Below are positions 38,671 through 47,999 of a stretch of DNA of 64,000 nt, piece after piece; positions within the stretch are counted from its first letter, which is position 1, and each line of letters opens with the position of its first letter. Where the stretch lies: the NCBI GenBank assembly GCA_036394195.1, contig DASWFO010000245.1, positions 2,231 to 66,230 of the forward strand. Reading direction: 5' to 3'. The notes beneath the pieces are model-generated. The model did no database searches. It was not told the DNA's origin and was given only the letters and a program-made list of their open reading frames with translations. A program made the translations under genes and the position numbers. This stretch comes from Alphaproteobacteria bacterium. Lineage in GTDB: Bacteria > Pseudomonadota > Alphaproteobacteria > CACIAM-22H2.

Positions 38671-38842
38671 CCCCTCAAACGCCGGGCGCGGCGCCGGCAA
38701 ATCGCGTTGCGCGATTGTGCCTGCCGCGCCGCTTGGCTTCGCGCCCATAAGGGCGCGCCGCCCCCTAGATCTTTTTCAGGGGGCGAAGCCCCCTGCACCC
38801 CGGCGCGGCGGTTTTCTAAGGTCCGAAGAAGCTTCGGCCTGT
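38671..38842. repeat. intergenic hairpin cluster including a bidirectional terminator-like stem
   Basis: Hairpins at 38741-38756 (gcgcccataagggcgc), 38777-38795 (cagggggcgaagccccctg) and 38823-38837 (ccgaagaagcttcgg, followed by cctgTTTaTTT). Confidence 0.55.
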
Positions 38843-39610
38843 TTATTTCCGCTGCGCGACCATGAAGACGCGCAGGAACGGCAACAGCGTCTTGCCGTCG
38901 GGGCGGGGCGGATAGGCGGCCAGCAGGCGCTCACCGTAGGCGCGCAGAAAATCCGCGTGCCGGGCCGGCTCGAGCCGGTCGAGGACCGGCCGTAACACTG
39001 AGCCCATGACCCAGTTGAGCACTGGATCGTTGCCCTCCAGCACATGCAGATATTCGGTCTCCCAGATATCGAGAGTCGCCGCCTGCGGCGCCAGCCATTC
39101 GTAATAACGGCCGGGCTCGTGCGCCGGGTTCTCGCGGACGGCACCGGCGAGCGACGCCCATGCGGGCTCGCGGACGAGATCGAACAGGATCCGATGCGTG
39201 GGATTGAGGTGCTGGCGCGGCATCTGCACGGCGAGAAACCCGCCGGACACGACCTGCGCGAAGAGATGCGGGAATAGCCGCGGATGATCGTCGAGCCAGT
39301 GGAACGCGGCGTTCGAATAGACCAAATTGGCGGGCGTCTCGGCGCGCCAGGTGGCGAGGTCGGCCTGCTGCCAGGCGATCCCAGGAATCGCCCGTGCCTT
39401 CGCGAGCATGTCGTGCGACCCATCGACGCCGGTCACTCGGGCCCCGGGCCAGCGCTCCGCCAGGAGGCGGGTCACGTTGCCCGGACCGCAGCCGAGATCG
39501 TAGACGGTCCGGGCCTCCGCCAGCGGCACCCGCGACATCAAGTCCACCGCCGGACGCAGCCGGTGATCGGTGAATTTCAGATAGATGTTCGGATCCCACG
39601 TGCTCGTCAT
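38843..39610 (-). CDS. tam: trans-aconitate 2-methyltransferase
   Basis: 255 aa; MTSTWDPNIYLKFTDHRLRPAVDLMSRVP...VYDLGCGPGNVT is the Tam signature. Confidence 0.85.
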   Translation of the reverse strand: MTSTWDPNIYLKFTDHRLRPAVDLMSRVPLAEARTVYDLGCGPGNVTRLLAERWPGARVTGVDGSHDMLAKARAIPGIAWQQADLATWRAETPANLVYSNAAFHWLDDHPRLFPHLFAQVVSGGFLAVQMPRQHLNPTHRILFDLVREPAWASLAGAVRENPAHEPGRYYEWLAPQAATLDIWETEYLHVLEGNDPVLNWVMGSVLRPVLDRLEPARHADFLRAYGERLLAAYPPRPDGKTLLPFLRVFMVAQRK

Positions 39611-39680
39611 GCCCGCTCCGCCTGGTCAGAAGGCCGGAGTATAGTCGGAGCGAGAGCGAAAGCGAGCCGAGGATGCAGCG

Positions 39681-41114
39681 TCACTCCGCCGCTTGGCCGT
39701 GCGGAATGGCCGCCCCGGGCAGCTCGATGGCGAAAATCGTGCCCGTCGCGGATGACCCCGCCACGGTGATGTCGCCGCCATGTCCGCGCACGAGATCGCG
39801 CGCGATGACGAGGCCCAGCCCGGTCCCGCCGGCGCGCGCCGAGCCGGTGAACGGGGTAAACAGTTTCTCGCGCGCCTTCGGCGGCAGGCCCGGCCCATCG
39901 TCGGCCACCTCGATGCGCAGCGTGCCGCCGGAGCCCGCCTTGGCCGAGACGCGCACCGACCTAGCCCCGGCCTCGGCCGAGTTCCGGCCCAGATTGACCA
40001 GGACGCGGAACATCTGGTCGCGGTCGGCCATCGCGTCGATATCGGACGGAACGGCTTTTTCCCAGCGCGTGCGGTTGCCGGTGAGGAGACCGACCACGCC
40101 GCCCACTTCGTCGACGAGCCCGGTCAGGATGAAGCGCGAGCGCCGCGGCGGGGGCAGATCGTCGCGCGCGTAATCGAGCGTCTGGCTGCACAGCGCAACC
40201 GCGCGGTCGACCGAGCCGATCAAAGTCGGCGCCAGTCGTTGAACATTGGGATCGCTCGAATCGGCCAGCCGGTCCGACAGCAGCTGCGCCGTCGACAAGA
40301 TGCCGCGCAGATCGTGGCTGATCTTGGTCACGGCGGTGCCGAGTGCGGCCAGCCGCGCCTGCTGGCGCAGCAGGCTGCGCAGCGCCTGCTCCATTTCGGC
40401 GAGACCGCGCTGCGCCAGGCCGATCTCGTCGCCGCGCGGCGTCACCTCGATCACGTTGCCCGGGTTGTCGGGCGCGTTGCGGAACGCCACCATGTTCGTG
40501 GTGAGACGCCGCAGCGGCCGCACGATCAGCCATTGCAGCGACAGGAACACCAGGGCCGCGGTGATCAGCGAGATCACGATCGACAGGCCGAGGATGCGCC
40601 AGGAATAGGCGAGCATGCCGCTCCTGAGCGGCCGCTCATCCACCAGCACCTCGACCAGATCGCCGGCCTCGTAAGGCGACGGTCCGAACACCCGTAACGT
40701 CTTCGAGCCGTTGCCGAACAGCGTGAGATAGGCCTGGGCGATCGGGCTCAAAATGCCGCCCTCGCGCAGGTCGACCGTGGCGTCGGCGACGGGCGGCATG
40801 TCGCCCGCCAGCACCCGCCGGACATCGCCGGGCTTGGCGATAATGATCGCGTGCGCCCCGGCATGGGCCAGAAGCTGCGTCTTGAGCTGCTCGCTCACCA
40901 TGTGGTCGGGCGTCGCCTCGAGCGACAAGGCCGCAAGATGCGCCGATGCGATCCGCCCCTCGAGCCAGTCGAGGCGAAAGCGCGCGATCGACGGCGAATA
41001 GATCAGGAATTCCGCCAGCATCACGAACGCCATCGTCAGCACGAGCAGCCGAGCCGAGAGCCCGTAGAGGCCCGAAGGCAGCCGGTGCCAGCCGATGGTG
41101 TCGCCGTCGGTCAT
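39681..41114 (-). CDS. sensor histidine kinase (two TM segments, HisKA + HATPase_c), no cognate response regulator adjacent
   Basis: Trimmed to ATG at 41114, 5 nt after the upstream gene's stop. H-box TKISHDLRGIL; N/G boxes RVLVNLGRNSAEA, DDGPGLP and GTGLGLVIARDLV. Confidence 0.85.
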   Translation of the reverse strand: MTDGDTIGWHRLPSGLYGLSARLLVLTMAFVMLAEFLIYSPSIARFRLDWLEGRIASAHLAALSLEATPDHMVSEQLKTQLLAHAGAHAIIIAKPGDVRRVLAGDMPPVADATVDLREGGILSPIAQAYLTLFGNGSKTLRVFGPSPYEAGDLVEVLVDERPLRSGMLAYSWRILGLSIVISLITAALVFLSLQWLIVRPLRRLTTNMVAFRNAPDNPGNVIEVTPRGDEIGLAQRGLAEMEQALRSLLRQQARLAALGTAVTKISHDLRGILSTAQLLSDRLADSSDPNVQRLAPTLIGSVDRAVALCSQTLDYARDDLPPPRRSRFILTGLVDEVGGVVGLLTGNRTRWEKAVPSDIDAMADRDQMFRVLVNLGRNSAEAGARSVRVSAKAGSGGTLRIEVADDGPGLPPKAREKLFTPFTGSARAGGTGLGLVIARDLVRGHGGDITVAGSSATGTIFAIELPGAAIPHGQAAE

Positions 41115-41119
41115 GGCCC

Positions 41120-42559
41120 TCAGCCGAACCGTGCCAGAAAGCGGACCAAGCGGCGCGTCCGCGGCGAGAACAGCTGGGAGGTATAGAAGCTGCCGGCGGC
41201 GCGCTTGCTCACTTCGCTGAGCGTCGGATACGGCGCGATCAAGCCGGCCATGTCGCGGAGCGTCGCCCGCTTGGCGATGGCAAGGCTCCACGTGAGCAGC
41301 AATTCGCCGGCATTCGGCCCGACAATGCCGGCGCCCAAAATCCGCCCGCGCCGATCGGCCACGACCTTGATCAATCCTTCGGTCTCGCGTTCCGCCTGGG
41401 CGCGGTCGTTGTCATGGAACGGCCAGCGCGCCAGCCGGATGTCATCGCCGTGCCGCTTGCGCGCCTCGGCCTCGGTTCGACCGACATTGGCGAGCTCCGG
41501 ATCGGTGTAGGTCACCCATGGCACGGCCGAATCGTCGACCTTCGCCGGCAGGCGGAACAGCGCGTTGCGGATGACGATGCCGGCGTGATAGCCGGCCATG
41601 TGAGTGAACTGAAACCCGCCCACGACGTCGCCCATCGCGTACACTTTGCGGTTGGCGGTGCGCAGCCTGGCATCGACCTCGATGCCCTTCGCCGATGTCT
41701 TGATTCCAGCCTTGTCGAGCTCGAGACCGACGATGTTGGGCTTGCGTCCCGTGGCGACCAGCAGGTGCGAGCCGGCGATTCGGCGCTCGCCCTCACCGGT
41801 ATCGAGGACCGCCGCGATGGCCCCGGCCTGTCCCTCGACCCGCTTGATCTTGGCGCCCTCGACGATGTCGACGCCATCGGCGCGGAGCCGGCGCCGCACG
41901 AAATCGACCAGCTCGGGATCGTCCTTGGGCAGGATCGTCGCCAGCTCCAGCAGCGTGACGCGCGCGCCGAGCCGGCGATACGCCTGCGCGATCTCGCATC
42001 CGATCGGGCCGCCGCCGATCACCACGAGATGGTCGGGAACCAGGTCGAGATCGAAGATCGTCTCGTTGGTGAGATAGGGCGTTTCCGCGACGCCGGACCC
42101 AAGACCTGGAATGGGCGGCACCGCCGCGGATGACCCGGTGGCGACGATGAAGCGGCGGGCGCGAACCCGCGTGTCCCCGGCTTCGACCTCGTCGGGCCCG
42201 AGGAACCGGGCCGCCGCCCGGATCACCCGCACGCCGAGCCCCGTGAACCGCTCCACCGAATCGTTCGGTGCGATCGCGGCGATCACGCCCCGCACATGGT
42301 CGCGCACGGCGGGCGCATCAACCGAAGGCTCGCGGGCCGAGACGCCAAAGCGCCCGGCACTGCGGATCGCCGCCGCCGCGCGCGACGCCGCTATGAGTGA
42401 TTTCGACGGCACGCACCCATAGTTTAGGCAGTCCCCGCCCATTTTTCCGCGCTCGATCAGTACCACCCGCTGGCCGAGTTGTGAGGCGCCTGCGGCCACC
42501 GAAAGGCCGGCCGAACCCGCGCCAATGACGCAGATATCGACGATGAGACGCTCAGCCAT
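41120..42559 (-). CDS. class I pyridine nucleotide-disulfide oxidoreductase (dihydrolipoamide dehydrogenase / mercuric reductase-like)
   Basis: Trimmed to ATG at 42559 (MAERLIVDICVIGAGSAGLS). Redox-active GGDCLNYGCVPSK and a C-terminal dimerisation domain. Confidence 0.85.
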   Translation of the reverse strand: MAERLIVDICVIGAGSAGLSVAAGASQLGQRVVLIERGKMGGDCLNYGCVPSKSLIAASRAAAAIRSAGRFGVSAREPSVDAPAVRDHVRGVIAAIAPNDSVERFTGLGVRVIRAAARFLGPDEVEAGDTRVRARRFIVATGSSAAVPPIPGLGSGVAETPYLTNETIFDLDLVPDHLVVIGGGPIGCEIAQAYRRLGARVTLLELATILPKDDPELVDFVRRRLRADGVDIVEGAKIKRVEGQAGAIAAVLDTGEGERRIAGSHLLVATGRKPNIVGLELDKAGIKTSAKGIEVDARLRTANRKVYAMGDVVGGFQFTHMAGYHAGIVIRNALFRLPAKVDDSAVPWVTYTDPELANVGRTEAEARKRHGDDIRLARWPFHDNDRAQAERETEGLIKVVADRRGRILGAGIVGPNAGELLLTWSLAIAKRATLRDMAGLIAPYPTLSEVSKRAAGSFYTSQLFSPRTRRLVRFLARFG

Positions 42560-43295
42560 CCCGCCGGCCGGCACCTTGCCGCTCCTTAACCCGGCGATAG
42601 ACGGCCGGGATCAACGCAAGCACCGCAAGACCCAGGATCGGCAACAGAATCGACCGGTTCAGCAGCAGGCCGGCGATATTCGGCTGATCGCCTGCGTCGA
42701 GCACCGCTCCGAGACCATTGCCTACGCTGGCGAACACAAAAGTGGCTGGAATTATTCCAATAAACGTCGCGACGACGTAAGTCCGCAAAGGCACGCCGAG
42801 GAACGCCGGCACCAGATTCACCAGGAAAAACGGGAACAGCGGCACCAGCCTCAGGACCAGGAGGTAGCTGAAGGCGTCGCGCCGAAACCCCTCCTCCATG
42901 CGCTGGAGGGCCGAGCCGGCCTTGGCCCGCAGCAGGCCACCAAAGGCCGTCCGGGCGGCCAGGAACACCCCGATCGCGCCGAGCGTGGCACCCACCAGGG
43001 TGGCCAGCGTGCCGACGATGGTTCCGAGCAGGAACCCCCCGGTCATGGTCAGGATCGCCCCGCCCGGAAGCGAAAACGCGGCGAGGAGAATGTAGCCGGT
43101 GATGTAGCCCAGCGGGGCCAGGACAGGGTGAGCGGCGACCCAGGCGAGCAACACCTCGCGATGGCGGGCGAGAGTTTCGAACGTGACGTAGCGCTGAAGG
43201 CCGAACCCGAAGAAGGCCGCGAACCCGACCGCCAGCACCGCCAGCGGCACCAAACGCGCCATCGAGAAGCCCGGCCGAGCCGAAGAGCGATCCAT
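42552..43295 (-). CDS. TVP38/TMEM64 (DedA-related) family membrane protein
   Basis: Trimmed to ATG at 43295 (alternative 43262). AFSLPGGAILTMTGGFLLG and RLVPLFPFFLVNLVPAFLGV motifs. Its stop overlaps the reductase start by 8 nt. Confidence 0.8.
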   Translation of the reverse strand: MDRSSARPGFSMARLVPLAVLAVGFAAFFGFGLQRYVTFETLARHREVLLAWVAAHPVLAPLGYITGYILLAAFSLPGGAILTMTGGFLLGTIVGTLATLVGATLGAIGVFLAARTAFGGLLRAKAGSALQRMEEGFRRDAFSYLLVLRLVPLFPFFLVNLVPAFLGVPLRTYVVATFIGIIPATFVFASVGNGLGAVLDAGDQPNIAGLLLNRSILLPILGLAVLALIPAVYRRVKERQGAGRRDG

Positions 43296-43374
43296 CTCAA
43301 CCCACGGATTTTTCGTTGAATTTCGGCGTCCAGTGTAGCGGCTGCCAGGGCCCCGGCCAATCACATGCGTGTAT

Positions 43375-43403
43375 TTGACTTAGCCCGCCCCCGCCTATAT
43401 AAG
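43375..43403 (+). promoter_or_regulatory. sigma70-like promoter candidate for rpmH
   Basis: TTGACT (43375-43380), 17-nt spacer, TATAAG (43398-43403), ~65 nt upstream of the rpmH GTG. Confidence 0.5.
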
Positions 43404-43467
43404 CCGGGCTCGGTCGGCCCCCGGTCTGCATGACGTTGGGGCCGGTTTGTTTTCCCGGAGACCGTTC

Positions 43468-43602
43468 GTGAAGCGCACCTATCAGCCCAGCAAGCTCGTC
43501 CGCAAGCGCCGCCACGGCTTCCGTTCGCGCATGGCGACCAACGGCGGCCAGAAGGTCATTGCCAGCCGCCGCGCCAAAGGCCGCAAGCGCCTGTCGGCCT
43601 GA
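43468..43602 (+). CDS. rpmH: 50S ribosomal protein L34
   Basis: Own translation (44 aa, below the track cutoff), GTG start: [44 protein letters not shown]. Confidence 0.93.
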   Translation: MKRTYQPSKLVRKRRHGFRSRMATNGGQKVIASRRAKGRKRLSA

Positions 43603-43628
43603 AGGTCCGCCATGCGGCGGGTCGGACG

Positions 43629-44015
43629 ATGCGCCTCGTCATCGAGCGATTGAAGAGCCGCGACGACTTCCTTCGGGTGGCGAGCGGCCGGCACAAATAC
43701 GCCACTCCCGGCCTTGTATTGCAGATGCGCCAACGTGAAGACATATCTGCCGCCGGCCCCACCGCGGGACCCGCGCGCGTCGGATTTACCGCCACGCGCA
43801 AGCTCGGTTCGGCCGTCGTGCGTAACCGGGCGCGGCGGCGGCTACGCGAAGCGGCCCGCGCCGTGTTGCCGGTTGCCGGCCGCCCCGGCTGTGATTATGT
43901 GCTGATTGCGCGCAGCGGCACCCTGACCCGCCCGTATCTCGCCCTGCTTGCCGACCTCGAAACCGCGGTCGCGGCTCTGGCGCCACGTAACGCGCCCGAA
44001 CACAAAGCATCATGA
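43629..44015 (+). CDS. rnpA: ribonuclease P protein component
   Basis: 128 aa; [27 protein letters not shown] motif; position after rpmH. Confidence 0.9.
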   Translation: MRLVIERLKSRDDFLRVASGRHKYATPGLVLQMRQREDISAAGPTAGPARVGFTATRKLGSAVVRNRARRRLREAARAVLPVAGRPGCDYVLIARSGTLTRPYLALLADLETAVAALAPRNAPEHKAS

Positions 44016-44290
44016 ACTCCCTCTCATTCCTCCTGCGCGCAATGATCCGCGTCTATCAATGGGTGCTGGCGCCCGTGCTGGGCGCCAATTGCCGCTTTGC
44101 GCCGAGCTGCTCGGAGTACGCTCATGACGCGATCGGCCTCCACGGGCCGCTCGCGGGGTCGTGGCTGGCTCTTCGCCGCCTCGCGCGCTGTCATCCCTGG
44201 GGCGGATCGGGTTACGATCCGGTGCCACCCCGCTCATCTTATAGAACGACGCACGCCGGCGACGCCCCGCCGCACGCGACGGGACGCTGA
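44012..44290 (+). CDS. yidD: membrane protein insertion efficiency factor YidD
   Basis: 92 aa; [32 protein letters not shown]...[13 protein letters not shown]; ATGA overlap with rnpA. Confidence 0.9.
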   Translation: MNSLSFLLRAMIRVYQWVLAPVLGANCRFAPSCSEYAHDAIGLHGPLAGSWLALRRLARCHPWGGSGYDPVPPRSSYRTTHAGDAPPHATGR

Positions 44291-44301
44291 CGGACAGATT
44301 C

Positions 44302-46119
44302 ATGCAGATCGACCAAAAGAACCTGATCATCGCCATCGCCCTGTCGATCGCGATCGTCCTCGGCTTCGAATTCTTCTACAACCTGCCGCGGATCGAGCGG
44401 CAGAAGGCACTGGAGGCCGAGCGCGCCGCGACGCAGGCCCAGACCGAAGCGACGGCCCCGGCGCCCTCCGCCGCGCCTTCGTCCGCGGCACCGGCGGCCG
44501 CATCGAACGCGCCGACGCCGCCGGCCGCCGCGCCCGTCGTACCCCCGGCGCAGCAGCCGCGGGTCAGGATCGAGACGACGGACCAATCGGGCAAGAAGGT
44601 CGTCACCGGCTCGATCCGGCTCGCTGGCGGACGTATCGACGACATCCGCCTTGAGAAATATCGCGAAACCCCCGACCCCAATTCTCCGCCCACCACCCTG
44701 CTGGCGCCGCAAGGTACGCCCGAGCCGTATTTCGCCGAGTTCGGCTGGGTCGCGGCGCGTCCGGGCGTCAAGGCGCCGGACGAGAACACGCTGTGGGCTG
44801 CCGACCGCCAGACATTGACGGCGGATCAGCCGGTGACTTTGTCCTGGGACAACGGCGAGGGCCTCCGCTTCCAGCGCGTCTATGCGATCGACCAGGGCTA
44901 CATGATCACGGTCACCCAGCGGGTGGTCAATTCCGGCCCGGCGCCGGTCGAGATGCTGCCCTACGGGCTGGTGTCGCGCCAGGGCACCCCGCCGACGTCC
45001 GGCTACTACATCCTGCATGAAGGCCCGCTCGGCGTGTTCGACGGGCGGCTCTCCGAATACAATTACAAAGACCTCGTCAAAAAACCGAACATCGACGTCA
45101 AGTCGACCGGCGGCTGGATCGGCATCACCGACAAATACTGGCTGGTCGCCCTCATCCCGGATCAGAAGGCGTCGGTCACTTCGCGCTTCAAATACGTGCC
45201 GGTCAACAACACCGACCGCTATCAGGTGGACTACCTGGAAGCCGAGCAGACCATTGCACCGGGTGCCACGGCCGAAACCATCACTCGTCTCTTTGCCGGC
45301 GCCAAAGAGGTGAAGCTGATCGACCGTTACGCCAGCGAATACAACATCGACCACTTCGAGCTGGCCATCGACTGGGGGTGGTTCAAATTCCTGACCCGGC
45401 CGATCTTCATGGCGCTCGACTACCTCAATGCGCTGATCGGCAATTTCGGGCTCGCGATCCTGCTGCTGACCGTCGTCATCAAGGGGCTGTTCTTCCCGCT
45501 CGCGAACAGGTCGTACCGGGCGATGAGCAAGATGAAGCTGCTCCAGCCGGAGATGGAGAAGCTGCGCGAGAAATACGGCGAGGACAAACAGCGCCTGTCG
45601 CAGGAGATGATGGGCCTGTACAAGAAGCACGGCGCCAATCCGGTCGCGGGCTGCCTGCCGATCGCCATCCAGATCCCGGTGTTCTTCGCGCTGTACAAGG
45701 ACATTTTCATCACTATCGAGATGCGCCACGCGCCGTTCTACGGCTGGATCCACGACCTCTCGTCCGCCGACCCCACGTCGCTGTTCAACCTGTTCGGCCT
45801 GCTGCCCATTTCGCCGCCGGAGATGATGCTGCTCGGGCATACGCTCGGCGCCTGGCCGCTGATCATGGGTCTCACCATGTTCATGCAGCAGAAGCTGAAC
45901 CCACAGCCGCCGGATCCGGTGCAGGCCAAGATCTTCTTGCTGATGCCGATCTTCTTCACGTTCCTTCTCGCCTCGTTCCCGGCGGGCCTGGTGATCTATT
46001 GGGCGTGGAACAACCTGCTCTCGATCGCCCAGCAATGGGTGATCATGAAGCGGATGGGAGCGGCGCCGACGCTGCACCACGCCCAGCCGGCCAAGGCAAC
46101 GGCCAAGTCCGGCAAATAA
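44302..46119 (+). CDS. yidC: membrane protein insertase YidC
   Basis: 605 aa; large periplasmic domain plus the 60 kDa IMP core (FGLAILLLTVVIKGLFFPL...GCLPIAIQIPVFFALY). Confidence 0.93.
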   Translation: MQIDQKNLIIAIALSIAIVLGFEFFYNLPRIERQKALEAERAATQAQTEATAPAPSAAPSSAAPAAASNAPTPPAAAPVVPPAQQPRVRIETTDQSGKKVVTGSIRLAGGRIDDIRLEKYRETPDPNSPPTTLLAPQGTPEPYFAEFGWVAARPGVKAPDENTLWAADRQTLTADQPVTLSWDNGEGLRFQRVYAIDQGYMITVTQRVVNSGPAPVEMLPYGLVSRQGTPPTSGYYILHEGPLGVFDGRLSEYNYKDLVKKPNIDVKSTGGWIGITDKYWLVALIPDQKASVTSRFKYVPVNNTDRYQVDYLEAEQTIAPGATAETITRLFAGAKEVKLIDRYASEYNIDHFELAIDWGWFKFLTRPIFMALDYLNALIGNFGLAILLLTVVIKGLFFPLANRSYRAMSKMKLLQPEMEKLREKYGEDKQRLSQEMMGLYKKHGANPVAGCLPIAIQIPVFFALYKDIFITIEMRHAPFYGWIHDLSSADPTSLFNLFGLLPISPPEMMLLGHTLGAWPLIMGLTMFMQQKLNPQPPDPVQAKIFLLMPIFFTFLLASFPAGLVIYWAWNNLLSIAQQWVIMKRMGAAPTLHHAQPAKATAKSGK

Positions 46120-46125
46120 GCGCCC

Positions 46126-46779
46126 GTGACATCGCCCGACACGGAACCGCCCGACACGGAACCGTCCGACAGCGAAGCCGGCCGGCGTTTGTTCGCCGGA
46201 GCTTGCGATTTCATCGCCGGGGCTGCCGATACGGCATCCCTGCCGCCGCCGTCGTATCCTGAGGTCGCCTTCGCCGGGCGGTCGAACGTCGGCAAATCGA
46301 GTCTCATCAATGCGCTCACCGGCCGAAACAGCCTCGCCCGGGTCTCGCGCACTCCAGGCCGCACCCAGCAGATCAATTTCTTCTCCCTGGGCGGACGGCT
46401 CGTCCTCGTCGACCTCCCCGGCTACGGGTTCGCGCGCGCACCCAAGCAGCGCATCGCCCAGTGGTCGGACCTCACGCTGCGCTACCTCAAAGGCCGCGCC
46501 GCACTCCGGCGCCTCTTGGTGCTGGTCGACTCGCGGCACGGCCTGAAGGACAGCGACCGCCGGCTGTTCGAGATCCTGGATGAGATCGGTGTCAGCTACC
46601 AGGTCGTTCTCACGAAGATCGACGCCCTGAAGCGCGACGACGCCGCCGCCCGTGCCCGCGCGGTTGGAAGCGAGCTCGCCCGCCACGTCGCCGCCCACCC
46701 GAAGGTCGCCGTTACCAGCGCCGAGACAGGCGTGGGTATTCCCGAGCTGCGCGCGTCATTGGCCGCGTTCGCTGCCTAG
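46126..46779 (+). CDS. engB: ribosome biogenesis GTP-binding protein YihA/EngB
   Basis: 217 aa, GTG start; GRSNVGKSSLINALTG (G1), DLPGYG (G3) and TKID (G4). Confidence 0.9.
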   Translation: MTSPDTEPPDTEPSDSEAGRRLFAGACDFIAGAADTASLPPPSYPEVAFAGRSNVGKSSLINALTGRNSLARVSRTPGRTQQINFFSLGGRLVLVDLPGYGFARAPKQRIAQWSDLTLRYLKGRAALRRLLVLVDSRHGLKDSDRRLFEILDEIGVSYQVVLTKIDALKRDDAAARARAVGSELARHVAAHPKVAVTSAETGVGIPELRASLAAFAA

Positions 46780-47196
46780 ATCGCGCCCTGTGCTTCGCTG
46801 TCGGGTCGAGCGTGCTGACGCGCGCCCAGCGTTTTCCGCTTTGCAGCAGCTGTCTACCGCCGGTTTCAGCTGCTGGCGCAGATTCAGAATATAGCTGACG
46901 AGGTCATCGACCTGGCGACGCCGTAATGCGACGTCGGGTGCCGGATGCGGCGGGTGTGAGAATGCCCGGAGGCTGATGTCGCTGGTGGATTTTCTGGCGA
47001 TATCGGAGAACGTCGGCACGCCCGCCGCGGGTCGGAGCCGCTGGCCGTCCGCAATGGCGTGGCATCCCGCGCACTTGTGCTGCGCCAGCACGCGGCCCGC
47101 CTCGGGATCGCCGCGCGGCATTTGGGCGCGGGCCGGATCGGCTGAGCCGACCGCAGCCAGGACTGCGTGGGCGATCAACACCCATTGGGCGATCAT
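46756..47196 (-). CDS. c-type cytochrome-like protein (single CxxCH), atypical
   Basis: Trimmed to ATG at 47196. Signal peptide MIAQWVLIAHAVLAAVGSA; heme motif CAGCH. There is no Met anywhere downstream of CxxCH. A ~40 aa C-terminal tail overlaps the engB 3-prime end by 24 nt. Confidence 0.6.
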   Translation of the reverse strand: MIAQWVLIAHAVLAAVGSADPARAQMPRGDPEAGRVLAQHKCAGCHAIADGQRLRPAAGVPTFSDIARKSTSDISLRAFSHPPHPAPDVALRRRQVDDLVSYILNLRQQLKPAVDSCCKAENAGRASARSTRQRSTGRDLGSERGQ

Positions 47197-47215
47197 TACG
47201 GCAAAGCCGCGGTGA

Positions 47216-47680
47216 TCAAGTCGAAGGACCACTCCCAAGGGCCTCGGACCTCCGCAGTTTGGGTGTGTTGCCGTTTGCGTCCCTTAGCGATCGGCCGCAA
47301 GCTTCGAGATATGCGCTGCCGACCTCCTCGAGCCTGCCGACGATCCGCTCCTCCAGGTCGAGCCATTTCGTGCGGCGGTCACCATTGTCGATGCGCTCGC
47401 GCAGAATGTGCAATCGCTTGAGGCGATCCAGCCGCCGTTGAATCGTCTTTGAGGACGCTATCTCGTACGACAGCAGGCACTTCAAATTGAGCGGTTTGCC
47501 CGCGATATAGTGGTAGGCGCATACGACAAAAATGTCGTAGTCCTCGAGCGTCACGATGAACGACAACGCCGAACGCTGGATGCCGCGGACCGCCATCAGG
47601 GTGTCGAGAAAATCGACGACAGTGGGATGATCATAGTCAGTCGTTTTCGGGGGTGCCCGGCTCCCTTCGAACAACCGCAT
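47216..47680 (-). CDS. winged-helix (MarR-like) transcriptional regulator
   Basis: Trimmed to ATG at 47680 (MRLFEGSRAPP...). LNLKCLLSYEIASSKTIQRRLDRLKRLHILRERIDNGDRRTKWLDLE resembles a wHTH recognition helix plus wing. Stop lies 19 nt upstream of the cytochrome c-like gene start on the same strand. Confidence 0.6.
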   Translation of the reverse strand: MRLFEGSRAPPKTTDYDHPTVVDFLDTLMAVRGIQRSALSFIVTLEDYDIFVVCAYHYIAGKPLNLKCLLSYEIASSKTIQRRLDRLKRLHILRERIDNGDRRTKWLDLEERIVGRLEEVGSAYLEACGRSLRDANGNTPKLRRSEALGSGPST

Positions 47681-47981
47681 ATGTACCCCTCTTATTGTTA
47701 ACGCGTTGCAGTGGCCAGCTCCGAACAGAGCTGAAGTAGGTGAACACTGCTGGCGTAGTGAACTTCCGGGTAGTGGCCCCAGAACGGGTGTACTGCGGGG
47801 CGAAACGAACCTGCGTGCGTCAACTTTCGGGCAAAGCGGTCCTCTGCGCAATTTTAGGCCAAACCGATCATCATCTCACTCTGACCACTATCGCCGAAAT
47901 GGCGTCTTTGGTCATTTCGACAACTATGGACAGCACGGCCATCGAACCTGAATGACAGCTAAACTCAAAGCGATCTAAAAC

Positions 47982-47999
47982 GTCGTCCACCTGGACGAC
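47982..47999. promoter_or_regulatory. inverted repeat in the divergent regulatory region of the polysaccharide locus
   Basis: gtcgtcca-cc-tggacgac (8-bp arms), 75 nt upstream of the exoP-like ATG, within a ~390-bp AT-richer intergenic region. Confidence 0.35.

Noticed and set aside
44239-46698. 819-aa minus-strand ORF, the longest in the track
   Set aside because: It lies antisense to yidD, yidC and engB, which are unambiguous. The sequence is dominated by R/G/D/V repeats typical of the reverse frame of a high-GC gene.
43296-46779. Possible chromosomal origin near rpmH-rnpA-yidC
   Set aside because: I found no cluster of DnaA-box-like TTATCCACA sequences and no AT-rich unwinding region in the rpmH upstream spacer. 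In alphaproteobacteria the origin is usually near hemE, not rpmH, and dnaA is not present here.
47255-47290. Short similarity (cgtccctt.gc) between the left island border and 62855-62875, considered as possible att-type direct repeats
   Set aside because: Only about 11-12 nt match imperfectly, which is easily chance in 64 kb. No recombinase is present to use them.
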